A stretch of DNA of 64,000 nucleotides, taken from contig JBMOPW010000036.1 in assembly GCA_049322915.1 (NCBI GenBank), forward strand, positions 64,001-128,000, written 5' to 3'. The notes beneath the pieces were generated by a model. The model was not told the origin of the DNA and searched no databases. It saw only the letters and a list, made by a program, of their open reading frames with translations. A program made the position numbers and the translations under genes. Position 1 is the first letter of the stretch; the number at the start of each line of letters is the position of its first letter. Below, in pieces: positions 29,480 to 38,794 of this stretch. Source of the stretch: Candidatus Zhuqueibacterota bacterium (GTDB lineage Bacteria; Zhuqueibacterota; Zhuqueibacteria; Thermofontimicrobiales; Thermofontimicrobiaceae).

Positions 29480-29770
29480 ATGGAAAATTTGTTGCCGTTA
29501 CTCATTCAGTTAGTCAGCGGCGCAGTCGGCGGAAATGCGGCTGGCGCTGCCATGAAAAAAGCGTCTCTGGGCACAATCGGGAACTCGATTGCCGGTATTC
29601 TGGGAGGCGGCATCGGCGGACAGTTGCTCGGCATGCTGGGCGCCGCTCCGGCCGCCACAGGAATGGACATGAATAGCATTCTGGAAAGCGTCGCCGGCGG
29701 AGGCGTGGGCGGCGGTGTCCTTATCGCCCTGGTTGGCATCATTAAAAACATGCTTGCCAAAAAGCAATAA
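29480..29770 (+). CDS. Small Gly-rich membrane protein
   Basis: GGAG RBS; LVSGAVGGNAAG...GGGVGGGVL glycine-zipper pattern. Confidence 0.75.
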   Translation: MENLLPLLIQLVSGAVGGNAAGAAMKKASLGTIGNSIAGILGGGIGGQLLGMLGAAPAATGMDMNSILESVAGGGVGGGVLIALVGIIKNMLAKKQ

Positions 29771-29915
29771 CTGGTTTGAACAACAAAGACCTGACTCAGC
29801 GGAAGGCGCACGGCGTCTCCGCTGTGTGGGTCAATGACAGTCATGACGCTTGATTGCGACGTGTGCAGAACTGTTCCATGCGTTCGCTACCGCGACATGG
29901 CAGGGAGGAATCACA

Positions 29916-30296
29916 ATGCAAAAACATATCACATTTCTTGGCGCGCTGCACATCGGATTGAGCATCCTGGGATTGCTCATTGCAGCGTTCATTTTTTCCC
30001 TTTTGACGACCATCGGTTTCATCTCGCAGGATGAAACCGCACTGCTCGTTCTGTCCATCATCGGTTTGGTGATCGCTTCTTTCTTAGTGCTCACCGCTAT
30101 TCCCGGCATCATTGGCGGCATTGGATTGCTGAAGCGAAAGAGCTGGGCGCGCATTCTCATCCTCATCGTTGCAGCGATCGATTTATTGGATTTTCCCCTG
30201 GGGACAGCGCTGAGCGTATATTCATTCTGGGTGTTGTTGCAGGATGAATCGGCAAAAATATTTTCAGCCGAAAATCAAAAAACAGTGATTGTGTAG
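29916..30296 (+). CDS. Hypothetical membrane protein (3-4 TM)
   Basis: GGAGG RBS; hydrophobic helices; GIGLLKRKSWAR..FPLGTAL motif. Confidence 0.75.
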   Translation: MQKHITFLGALHIGLSILGLLIAAFIFSLLTTIGFISQDETALLVLSIIGLVIASFLVLTAIPGIIGGIGLLKRKSWARILILIVAAIDLLDFPLGTALSVYSFWVLLQDESAKIFSAENQKTVIV

Positions 30297-30507
30297 CAGA
30301 CTCATTTTAACACGTCGAGGTAGGTTTTGGAATCATTAAAAATTCTTGTGATTGATGACGAACCGGGCCTGCGCGAAGGCTGCCGGCGCATCTGCGAAGC
30401 AGAGGGATTTCAGGTCATGGTTGCGCAAAATGGTCGCGCCGGTTTGGATATTGCAGAGACGAATAAAATCGATTGTGCGCTGATCGACCTGAAATTGCCG
30501 GACATGG
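30068..30507 (+). repeat. 440-bp direct repeat, copy 1 (copy 2 at 32408-32847)
   Basis: Identical at offset 2340 except two synonymous substitutions (30098/32438 and 30218/32558). Confidence 0.95.
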
Positions 30508-30530
30508 TGACGACCATCGGTTATGCCTGA
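30327..30530 (+). pseudogene. Truncated duplicate of the REC-NuoE gene 5' end
   Basis: First 60 codons identical to 32667, then diverges at the repeat junction (30507). Confidence 0.85.
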
Positions 30531-30646
30531 AGAAATAACATAGTCTTCCCTTTGTTGGCGTCCGATACATGCGATTACTTGATTTTGTAAAGTAGCCTGC
30601 GGTAACCGTGCAGAAACCAGAGGTATAAGATAAGCGTGAACTGTAT

Positions 30647-30961
30647 ATGCGCATCATTGAAGAAATACAGAAAAAGATTGGAAGAGATCAGTTCGAGTTT
30701 TCCAAACACGCAGTGGATCAAAGTATCATTCGTAGCATCAGTGTACAAGAAGTTCGAGAAGCCATTCTCAATGGTGAGATAATTGAAAATTACCCGAAGG
30801 ACAAATACGGACCAAGCTGTTTGATTCTTGGTAAGACGACAAAAAGTAGGCCATTGCACATACAATGCAGCTCTCCATCACGGAAGCGTATCAAAATCAT
30901 AACGATGTATGAACCCGACCCGGCTCGATGGGTTGAATTCAAAAAACGGAGATCATCATGA
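30647..30961 (+). CDS. DUF4258-family putative toxin
   Basis: FSKHA..Q...R.I...EV.EAI.NGEIIENYP.DKYGPSCLILG...RPLH, IITMYEPD. Confidence 0.85.
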   Translation: MRIIEEIQKKIGRDQFEFSKHAVDQSIIRSISVQEVREAILNGEIIENYPKDKYGPSCLILGKTTKSRPLHIQCSSPSRKRIKIITMYEPDPARWVEFKKRRSS

Positions 30962-31179
30962 GCTACAAAAAAGAAAAGTTGGTTGAACGTCGGGTCACAT
31001 ATACGCTGGAGCATCAAGGCCGCTTCTATATTGTAGAAAACGTGCCAGCCCGAGTGAATGAAGAAACTGGAGAACAATTTTTTTCCCCTGCTACTGTAGA
31101 AAAGCTTCAAGAAACTATCATGGGACAGACAAAGCCCAGCAAAGTAATTGAAACATCAGTATACGAATATTCTGAGTAA
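30958..31179 (+). CDS. YgiT/MqsA-type antitoxin-like protein (Cys-less variant)
   Basis: IVENVPARV..ETGEQFFSP; ATGA overlap with the DUF4258 gene. Confidence 0.8.
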   Translation: MSYKKEKLVERRVTYTLEHQGRFYIVENVPARVNEETGEQFFSPATVEKLQETIMGQTKPSKVIETSVYEYSE

Positions 31180-31211
31180 TACGAAAACATGAAAATATCA
31201 GTTAAGGGAGG

Positions 31212-31341
31212 GCACAACCATTCATTCCCCCGACAAAAGGGCGGCAGTTCTCCGGGTTGGTTTGGCGCTCTCTCGAAAGTCATTTTGGAATTCAAGGTTC
31301 AATGCGCTCAAACCCTTTTGCGGGTGAGGATCGTGTTTTAC
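31212..31341 (+). other. attC-like recombination site 1
   Basis: GCACAAC (R''), 5-nt spacer, attcccccgacaaaaggg ... cccttttgcgggtgag, 6-nt spacer, GTTTTAC (R'). R'' nearly complements the upstream GTTATGC. Confidence 0.65.
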
Positions 31342-31659
31342 ACAAAAAATATAAAAAAACATAGTCGCATAGCCTTAATTTGCACGAGATGATCATCGTG
31401 GAATGAACTAATCCCCAAGGAGTCAAATCAATATAATTTAAATGTTATAGATTTTTTTCTCTTGATGATCGATTTGTACAGTGCAAAAAATTTTGAGCAG
31501 GTATATTAAAATTCATTGATATTTCTAATTATATTAATTAACCTTAATTAGTCTCTTTATCGGGATACCGTGCTATTAAAATGCCTTAGCATGAGTGAGA
31601 GCAATTCAACCTCTCTAAACAATAGCTATGTGAAAAAGTTTGAACCCCAGGAGTTAAAA

Positions 31660-31872
31660 ATGAAAGTTCATGAAATTGAGAATAAAATTAAAAAGTTGCC
31701 AGACTATATCATTCCAGAGGTTAATGATTTTGTCGACTTTTTATTAGCTAAATATGGTGCTAAAAAAACAGATAAAAATAATTTTAAATTTGATTGGGAA
31801 GGTGGATTAGCAAAATTAAAAAATAAATATACATCTGTGGAATTGCAGCATAAAGCTTTGGAGTGGCGATAA
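31660..31872 (+). CDS. DUF2281-family antitoxin
   Basis: LP....EV.DFVDFLL.KY...FDWEGGL......TSVELQH; AGGAG RBS. Confidence 0.82.
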   Translation: MKVHEIENKIKKLPDYIIPEVNDFVDFLLAKYGAKKTDKNNFKFDWEGGLAKLKNKYTSVELQHKALEWR

Positions 31873-32249
31873 TGTATTTAGTCGACACTAACATATTTCT
31901 AGAGATACTGCTAACACAAGAAAAAAGCGAAGATTGTAAGTCTTTTCTTTCAAAGAATATTGCTGTGATTGGTATTTCCGACTTTACGCTTCACTCTATT
32001 GGTGTCATTCTTTTTAAACAAAACGAAGAAGATGCATTTTTAAAATTTATTTGCGATACTTTGCCTAAAATCAATCTCCTTACCCTTCCAAAAGATAAAT
32101 ACGATAAATTAATTGACATAAAGATAAGATGCGGCCTGGACTTTGATGACTCTTACCAGTATTATATCTGCAAGCATTATGATTTGAAACTAATTACAAT
32201 GGATCAGGATTTCAGGCATATAAACGACATAGAAATTGAATTTTTATAG
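31872..32249 (+). CDS. PIN-domain (VapC-like) toxin
   Basis: YLVDTNIFLE, LDFDDSYQY, ITMDQDF; TAATG coupling. Confidence 0.9.
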   Translation: MYLVDTNIFLEILLTQEKSEDCKSFLSKNIAVIGISDFTLHSIGVILFKQNEEDAFLKFICDTLPKINLLTLPKDKYDKLIDIKIRCGLDFDDSYQYYICKHYDLKLITMDQDFRHINDIEIEFL

Positions 32250-32287
32250 TTAAGCGGAATATTCAAGTATTTGTATAAGATATCTTT

Positions 32288-32410
32288 ATGTAACCATACA
32301 TTGAACTGACCGAACCACTGCGGTTTTCTCATATTTTGCCTGGAAATTTCAAAGAATTTGGTTTCTTAATTTTAAATTATTCGGTTCGGCAGTTCATGCT
32401 GTCGTTCGGT
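32288..32410 (+). other. attC-like recombination site 2
   Basis: ATGTAAC, spacer catac, attgaactgaccgaacc ... ggttcggcagttcat, spacer gctgtc, GTTCGGT; one extrahelical base in the stem. Confidence 0.7.
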
Positions 32411-32847
32411 GATCGCTTCTTTCTTAGTGCTCACCGCCATTCCCGGCATCATTGGCGGCATTGGATTGCTGAAGCGAAAGAGCTGGGCGCGCATTCTCAT
32501 CCTCATCGTTGCAGCGATCGATTTATTGGATTTTCCCCTGGGGACAGCGCTGAGCGTGTATTCATTCTGGGTGTTGTTGCAGGATGAATCGGCAAAAATA
32601 TTTTCAGCCGAAAATCAAAAAACAGTGATTGTGTAGCAGACTCATTTTAACACGTCGAGGTAGGTTTTGGAATCATTAAAAATTCTTGTGATTGATGACG
32701 AACCGGGCCTGCGCGAAGGCTGCCGGCGCATCTGCGAAGCAGAGGGATTTCAGGTCATGGTTGCGCAAAATGGTCGCGCCGGTTTGGATATTGCAGAGAC
32801 GAATAAAATCGATTGTGCGCTGATCGACCTGAAATTGCCGGACATGG
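32408..32847 (+). repeat. 440-bp direct repeat, copy 2
   Basis: Matches 30068-30507. Confidence 0.95.
32409..32636 (+). pseudogene. 5'-truncated duplicate of membrane protein gene 29916-30296
   Basis: Translation identical to the C-terminal 75 aa of that protein. Confidence 0.85.
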
Positions 32848-33566
32848 ATGGCCTGGACGTGCTGCGCACCATTCGGAGCGTTCATCCCGAAATACTCGCC
32901 ATTATTATCACCGGCCACGGCTCCATCGAAATCGCCGTGGAGGCCATCAAATTGGGCGCATACGATTTTCTGTCCAAGCCATTCACGCCGGATCAACTGA
33001 TGAAAATTGTCAACAAAGGCCTGAGCGAAAAAAAGGAGCGTCAGGAAGGGCTGGCATTGAAACAGGACCGTCGCGAACGCGCCGTGGACGATTTGAACAG
33101 CATGACCCTTGTCGATGAAATTATGGCGCGTTACAACTACCGCAATTCCGCGCTCATTGCCATGCTTCAGGATATTCAGAAACAGTTCAATTACCTGCCC
33201 CAAAACTTGCTTCGATATGTTGCGCTGAGGTTAAATGTCCCACTGCCTCGCGTTTACAGTATTTCCACGTTTTACAAAGCGTTCAGTCTCAAGCCCCGGG
33301 GACGCCATCTCATCGACGTCTGTCTGGGAACAGCGTGCCACGTGCGCGGCGGCATGAATATCATGGAACGATTGGAGCGGGAACTGGGCATTAAAAATGG
33401 CGAGACCACCTACGATGAAAAATTCTCGGTGAAATCGGTGCGCTGCGTGGGCTGCTGCGGACTGGCCCCGGTCATTGTCATTGACGAAGAATTTCATGGC
33501 AAACTGAACCAGGAGCAGATTCCCAAGATACTTGCCAGGTATCAGACGGATTCCTCCACCCCATAA
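32667..33566 (+). CDS. Response-regulator receiver fused to a NuoE/HydC-like [2Fe-2S] subunit
   Basis: REC (VIDDE, LIDLKLP, KPF) followed by LIAMLQDIQ..YLP, TFYKAF, VCLGTACHVRGG, RCVGCCGLAP. Confidence 0.9.
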   Translation: MESLKILVIDDEPGLREGCRRICEAEGFQVMVAQNGRAGLDIAETNKIDCALIDLKLPDMDGLDVLRTIRSVHPEILAIIITGHGSIEIAVEAIKLGAYDFLSKPFTPDQLMKIVNKGLSEKKERQEGLALKQDRRERAVDDLNSMTLVDEIMARYNYRNSALIAMLQDIQKQFNYLPQNLLRYVALRLNVPLPRVYSISTFYKAFSLKPRGRHLIDVCLGTACHVRGGMNIMERLERELGIKNGETTYDEKFSVKSVRCVGCCGLAPVIVIDEEFHGKLNQEQIPKILARYQTDSSTP

Positions 33567-33854
33567 TCTGTGGATTTCCATGGCCTTGTTCACTTCGACA
33601 GGATGTTTCGAATGGACCAGGACAGTCCGTGAGACGGCGCGTCACCACTGGAATCCACCTGAGGCGCTTTTTCCGAGAATTCATTTTTATATCTTATCCC
33701 GAAAACAGGCGTATCGCCCGAGTCTGAACAGGTGGGCCAGGATTCAAGGCCGATAGTGGGGCGAATTCTCCGGTGGCGAATTCATAACGAAGCATAAATG
33801 ACGTTGTCAATTTAGAATACAGGTGTTACAACAGAATAAAGAAGGGATGTCACC

Positions 33855-35663
33855 TTGAAGCAATACAGAACTCATTGCCTGGTCTGCGCAGGTACCGGGT
33901 GCGTATCGAATCACGCCTTTGATATCAAAGAAGCCCTGGAAAAGGAATTGGTTCGTCAGGGATTGGAGAATGAAGTTGCTGTAATAACCACCGGCTGCAA
34001 TGGATTCTGCGAGCGGGGTCCGGTGATGGTGGTTCAGCCTGACAATATTTTTTATCAGGAATTGAAAGTAAAAGATATTCCTTTCCTTGTGGAAGAGCAT
34101 TTTGTGAAAGGTCGGCCGGTGCAGAAATTGATGTACACCCCGCCGGCTGAGAAGACGCCCATTCCCATCATGAGCGATATCGATTTTTTCAAGCACCAGT
34201 TGCTTGTGGTGCTCCGCAATCGCGGCCGAATCGACCCGGAAGTTATTGAAGAATACATTGCCTACGACGGCTATCAGGCATTAGCCAAAGCGCTCACCGA
34301 AATGACGCCCCAGCAGATCATCGATGACGTCAAATTATCCGGACTGCGCGGTCGCGGCGGCGCCGGTTTTCCCACCGGCGTGAAATGGGAATTCTGCAAG
34401 AAAGCGCAGGGCGAGCCCAAGTACATCATCTGCAACGCCGACGAAGGCGATCCCGGCGCGTTCATGGATCGCAGCGTGCTCGAGGCGGATCCCCATGCCG
34501 TGCTGGAAGGAATGGTGATCGGCGCCAGGGCCATCGGCGCGTCCGAAGGATTCATTTATGTGCGCGACGAATATCCACTGGCGCTGCGCCGAATTCATAT
34601 TGCCATTGAAAAGGCCACGGAGATGGGGCTTTTGGGCGATGATATTCTGGGAAGCGGATTCAATTTTAAGTTGAACGTGGTGCGCGGCGGCGGCGCGTTC
34701 GTCTGTGGCGAGGAGACCGCGCTCATCGCGTCCATCGAAGGCGATGTGGGACGTCCCCGGCCGAGGCCGCCGTACCCGGCAGAGAAAGGCCTCTGGGGCA
34801 AACCCACCAACAACAATAACGTTGAAACCTGGGCCAATGTGCCGCAAATTATACTTCGTGGCGGACAGTGGTTCGCCAGCATGGGCACCGAAAAGAGCAA
34901 GGGCACCAAAGTGTTCTCATTGGTGGGGAAGGTCAACAACACCGGCCTGGTCGAAGTGCCCATGGGCACCTCGCTCAAGACGATTGTTTTTGATATTGGC
35001 GGCGGTATTCCCAAAGGAAAGAAATTCAAAGCCGTTCAAAGCGGCGGTCCGTCCGGGGGATGCGTGCCGGAATCGCTCATCAATCTGCCCGTGGATTATG
35101 AAAAACTCACCGAAGCCGGCGCTATCATGGGTTCCGGCGGATTGATTGTGATGGACGAGGATACGTGCATGGTGGACGTGGCCAAATATTTTGTGGAGTT
35201 TCTGGAAGAGGAATCGTGCGGAAAATGCACGCCGTGCCGCGAGGGACTGAAGCGGTTGAAAGAGGTGTTATTGGCAATTACGCAAGGCAAGGGCGAGCCG
35301 TATCACCTGGACATTCTGGAAGACCTGGCCAATACGATGAAGGAGACTTCGCTGTGCCAGTTAGGCGCTACAGCGCCGAACCCGGTATTGACGACGCTCA
35401 GGTATTTTCGCGAAGAATACGAGGAGCATATTTACAAGAAAAAATGCCGCGCGCGGGTGTGTAAAGACCTGATCATTTACCGCATCGTTGCGGAGAAATG
35501 CACCGGTTGCCAGCGTTGCGTCAAAGCCTGTCCGACCGGGGCGATCTCCGGGCCGCGCGCTCAGCCGCACAATTTGAATGTGGAGAAATGCATCAAATGC
35601 GGCGCCTGTTACGAAGTGTGTAAATTCGACGCCATCGCCGGCGACGCCATTTATATTGAATAA
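33855..35663 (+). CDS. nuoF: NuoF/HydB-like NADH-binding flavoprotein subunit
   Basis: N-terminal 2Fe-2S thioredoxin-like domain; SGLRGRGGAGFPTG; NADEGDPGAFMDRS; FVCGEETAL; ESCGKCTPCREG; C-terminal 2x[4Fe-4S]. Confidence 0.9.
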   Translation: MKQYRTHCLVCAGTGCVSNHAFDIKEALEKELVRQGLENEVAVITTGCNGFCERGPVMVVQPDNIFYQELKVKDIPFLVEEHFVKGRPVQKLMYTPPAEKTPIPIMSDIDFFKHQLLVVLRNRGRIDPEVIEEYIAYDGYQALAKALTEMTPQQIIDDVKLSGLRGRGGAGFPTGVKWEFCKKAQGEPKYIICNADEGDPGAFMDRSVLEADPHAVLEGMVIGARAIGASEGFIYVRDEYPLALRRIHIAIEKATEMGLLGDDILGSGFNFKLNVVRGGGAFVCGEETALIASIEGDVGRPRPRPPYPAEKGLWGKPTNNNNVETWANVPQIILRGGQWFASMGTEKSKGTKVFSLVGKVNNTGLVEVPMGTSLKTIVFDIGGGIPKGKKFKAVQSGGPSGGCVPESLINLPVDYEKLTEAGAIMGSGGLIVMDEDTCMVDVAKYFVEFLEEESCGKCTPCREGLKRLKEVLLAITQGKGEPYHLDILEDLANTMKETSLCQLGATAPNPVLTTLRYFREEYEEHIYKKKCRARVCKDLIIYRIVAEKCTGCQRCVKACPTGAISGPRAQPHNLNVEKCIKCGACYEVCKFDAIAGDAIYIE

Positions 35664-35673
35664 AGGAATGACC

Positions 35674-36306
35674 ATGATTTCGATCATCATAAACGACCAG
35701 AAATTCGAAGTGCCGGAGAATCTCACGGTGTTGGAAGCAGCGCGCGAACATAACATTCATGTGCCCACCCTGTGTTACCACGAAGCGATTCTGCCGGTGG
35801 GGGCGTGCCGATTGTGCATTGTTGAAGTCGAGCAAAATGGCCGAACGCGTACCGCAGCCTCATGCGTGACGCCGGTGGCGGACAATATGATTGTGCGAAC
35901 CAATACGGAAAAAATTATCCGCATGCGCCGCGTGCTGGTGGAACTGCTGCTGGCGCGATGCCCGAACCTGCCGGTGCTGCAGAATCTGGCCAAGGAAGTG
36001 GGGCTGAAAACGGTGCGCTTCAAAAAGGAAGCCGAAGACTGTTTTCTGTGCGGCCTCTGCGTGCGGGCGTGCAGCGAAATTGTCGGAGTCAATGCCATTG
36101 GTTTCGGCGATCGCGGCGTGAACAACAAGATCGAGCCGCCGTTTTTGAAAGCATCCAGCGCCTGCATCAGTTGCGGAACCTGCACCACCATCTGTCCGGC
36201 CGGCACGTTCCATCTGGAGCGCGTGGATCGGCTGACCAGCCTGCACCACTTCGCCGAAGACTATCGCGCCGAGAAGTGCCGCATCTGCGGAGAACATTTC
36301 ATGTAA
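35674..36306 (+). CDS. NuoG/HydA N-terminal-like FeS subunit (no H-cluster or Mo domain)
   Basis: VPTLCYH...GACRLC.VE, ASC, CFLCGLCVRAC, CISCGTCTTICP; start ATG at 35668 or 35674. Confidence 0.85.
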   Translation: MISIIINDQKFEVPENLTVLEAAREHNIHVPTLCYHEAILPVGACRLCIVEVEQNGRTRTAASCVTPVADNMIVRTNTEKIIRMRRVLVELLLARCPNLPVLQNLAKEVGLKTVRFKKEAEDCFLCGLCVRACSEIVGVNAIGFGDRGVNNKIEPPFLKASSACISCGTCTTICPAGTFHLERVDRLTSLHHFAEDYRAEKCRICGEHFM

Positions 36307-36480
36307 GAGATTTGGGCTCATGGAGTACGAGGAAGGGCACGAAAAAAAATGGGTAGGATTCTAAGGCAATTTGTAAAGCGCGATCCGTGTCATCCGCGTT
36401 CTCTGACACTTTTGAATCATTGATCATAATAATCTTTATCCCGCATATTCCGCGGGCCAAATAATATAAGGAGAATCTCA

Positions 36481-38136
36481 GTGCAAGGCGACAATCGAAT
36501 CGGAATATTTTTGTGCCAATGTGGTGGACTCGTAGCCGATGTTCTTTCACTGCCCCGAATTGAAAAAGCGGTGAAAAAACTGCCCGGAGTGTCGCACACA
36601 GCGATTCACAATTATCCCTGCTCCAAAACCGGATTGAGCGCCATTCGCTCGGAAATTCAGACGAGAAACCTGAACCGCGTCGTCATTGCCGGCTGCTCGC
36701 CGCGAATGATGGCATCGTTTTTTGAGAATGCCCTTTCTGAGGTCGGGATAAATTCCCAGTTGATTGACATTGTCAATATTCGCGATTTCAGCGCTGCGGT
36801 GCACCGGAAAGAGAAAAGCCTGGCAACGACGAAGGCCATTGGAATGGTCCGGGCGGCAGCAGCCAGACTCGCGGTGAAGCAGCCATTGCCCCGGCTGTCC
36901 CAGAAAGTGAATCCTGTCGTGGCCGTGATTGGCGGCGGAATTGCTGGCATCAGCGCAGCGCTGAGCCTGGCCCATCAGGGCGTCACGGTGAAACTGCTGG
37001 AAAAATCCGACGCGCTGGGTGGGTTTCTCAATTACATCAATATCCTTTACCCGCGTGAAATTCTGGCCCGGGAATTTTTGCAAGAGAAATTGGAGCAGAT
37101 AAAACAGAACCCGAATATCGAAGTGATCACTGGCGCGGAGATTCAGGAGGTCGCCGGTTCGGTGGGTAACTATCGTATCGGAGTGTCGAAGCAGGGCGAG
37201 CGGACTGCCATCGACGCCGGGGCGATTGTCCTCGCTACAGGATCGCACTATTTTTATCCCAACGGACTTTATGAATATGGGGCTGACGAGCGCGTCATCA
37301 CGCAGTTGGAATTTGAACAGCAGATGAGCCGGGACGCCGTGACTGCCAGGGACCTGGTGTTCATCCAATGCGTGGGTTCCCGCAATGAGCAGCGGCCGTA
37401 TTGCTCCCGATTTTGCTGCCCGGAGACTTTCAAGAATGTGTTGCATTTGAAGCGAAAAACTCCGGGACTCAACGTGACGGTGATTTTCCGCGGTCTCACC
37501 GAATATATTCGGGAATACGACGAGGCAGTGGAGCGCGGTGTGCAATTCATTCGCTACGCTCCGGCCAATCCGCCTCAGGTGCGAAATGGCCACGTGACTG
37601 TGAAAGACGAGAAGACCGAACGTGAGTTCGAAGTCCCATTTGATTTGCTGATTCTGGCCACGCCGCAAATTCCGCACGAGAATGCAACATCATGGGCGAA
37701 GAAATTCCACCTGCCGGTGGACGCGTACGGCTTTATCGTGGAGCCGCACACGAAATTGCGTCCGCGGAAATTCGCTCCGGAAGGCGTGTTCGTTGCCGGT
37801 AACGTGCACTGGCCGGGCATGGTCGGCGATGCTATTGCCCAGGGCTACAGCGCCGCGGCGCGCGCATTCACGCTTGTCCGGCAGCAGGTTGTGGAACGCG
37901 AGCCGGTGATCGCCCGCATCGATGAAAAGACCTGCCGTGGTTGCGAGCGCTGCGTTCAGGAGTGCCCGTTTCAGGCCATCACCCTGGTGAGCGACGGGGA
38001 CGGCTTCCAGCACGCTGTGATCGATGAATTCATCTGTAAAGGCTGCGGCATGTGCGCCGTGGTCTGCATCTGCGGCGCCGCCACGGTGCTGCATCTTTCG
38101 GATGCGCAGTTGCAGGGAGCGGCGGTGTTGGGATGA
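36481..38136 (+). CDS. hdrA: HdrA-like flavoprotein (copy 1)
   Basis: [33 protein letters not shown]...YCSRFCC, C-terminal 2x[4Fe-4S]. Confidence 0.88.
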   Translation: MQGDNRIGIFLCQCGGLVADVLSLPRIEKAVKKLPGVSHTAIHNYPCSKTGLSAIRSEIQTRNLNRVVIAGCSPRMMASFFENALSEVGINSQLIDIVNIRDFSAAVHRKEKSLATTKAIGMVRAAAARLAVKQPLPRLSQKVNPVVAVIGGGIAGISAALSLAHQGVTVKLLEKSDALGGFLNYINILYPREILAREFLQEKLEQIKQNPNIEVITGAEIQEVAGSVGNYRIGVSKQGERTAIDAGAIVLATGSHYFYPNGLYEYGADERVITQLEFEQQMSRDAVTARDLVFIQCVGSRNEQRPYCSRFCCPETFKNVLHLKRKTPGLNVTVIFRGLTEYIREYDEAVERGVQFIRYAPANPPQVRNGHVTVKDEKTEREFEVPFDLLILATPQIPHENATSWAKKFHLPVDAYGFIVEPHTKLRPRKFAPEGVFVAGNVHWPGMVGDAIAQGYSAAARAFTLVRQQVVEREPVIARIDEKTCRGCERCVQECPFQAITLVSDGDGFQHAVIDEFICKGCGMCAVVCICGAATVLHLSDAQLQGAAVLG

Positions 38137-38140
38137 GGGT

Positions 38141-38208
38141 AATTCTCAATTGACAATTCACCGTTACCAATTGTCAATTGTGAACGATGAATTGTGAATG
38201 GTGAATTG
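38141..38208. repeat. Degenerate heptamer tandem/inverted repeat
   Basis: aattctcaattgacaatt...aattgtcaattgtgaacgatgaattgtgaatggtgaattg. Confidence 0.5.
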
Positions 38209-38291
38209 CATGGGATTTGCGTTTGTAGCAATGACAAAATAAACGTATCGATGAATAGAAAATAGGAAGTCGCCAATCACGGAACCCTATC

Positions 38292-38441
38292 ATGCCACAA
38301 TTGAAACCGAATATTATTTTCTGGTGTCGCGATTGGAATTTTTCCATCAGGGCGGAATATTTTGGGTTACATGGCCTCCTGTCCATCGTTGACTTAAAGG
38401 GGATACACTTCATCTCATCAACTCCTATTGAAGGAAGCTGA
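38292..38441 (+). pseudogene. Decayed duplicate of the mvhD 5' end
   Basis: MPQLKPNIIFWCRDWNFSIRAE vs MPQFKPTIIFYCCEWNPYIGAD; upstream ggaacc(c/a)atc also duplicated. Confidence 0.75.
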
Positions 38442-38443
38442 GT

Positions 38444-38725
38444 ATGAACCGGGAGAAACTTTTACTTATAATTTCGATTTGTCTTTGTCTGATCGTGATG
38501 CTGTTTACATTTCTCGACTTTCTCTGTTTGCATGATATCTACAAAGATTACGTGAGTAAATTTGTGATCAAAGATGTAAAAGCCGACTTGCTCAATGAAT
38601 TACCTGCCTGGACGAACACAGCCGGAGAATGGATGCTGGTAAAAATGAGTTATCTGATTCGCGTCATTTTCCTTGTTTTCAATATTGTTACGTTGTCATA
38701 CTGCATTCGATTAATAAAAAAATAG
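38444..38725 (+). CDS. Small 2-TM hypothetical protein
   Basis: AAGGAAG RBS; two hydrophobic segments; LHDIYKDYVS...LPAWT.T.GEW; AT-rich. Confidence 0.65.
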   Translation: MNREKLLLIISICLCLIVMLFTFLDFLCLHDIYKDYVSKFVIKDVKADLLNELPAWTNTAGEWMLVKMSYLIRVIFLVFNIVTLSYCIRLIKK

Positions 38726-38794
38726 TCTGTTCATGAGACTGAAATTGGCTGCATGAATTGAACAAAAAGTCATTATTTATTATGGAACCCAATC

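Larger units (their letters stand above)
30520..32410 (+). mobile_element. Integron-like gene cassette array (two TA cassettes, two attC-like sites, no integrase)
   Basis: Begins at G|TTATGCC; AT-rich TA genes each followed by an attC-like hairpin; ends at G|TT. Confidence 0.65.

Noticed and set aside
31189..31392. 67-aa ORF
   Set aside because: Runs through the attC-like hairpin; no family motif.
30068..32847. Direct repeats as IS ends or prophage att sites
   Set aside because: They are host coding sequence, with no transposase, terminal inverted repeats or phage genes. A pure assembly artefact is less likely given two synonymous differences, but it is not excluded.
33567..33854. 288-bp gap between nuoE and nuoF
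   Set aside because: No convincing ORF, repeat or RNA motif found by eye.
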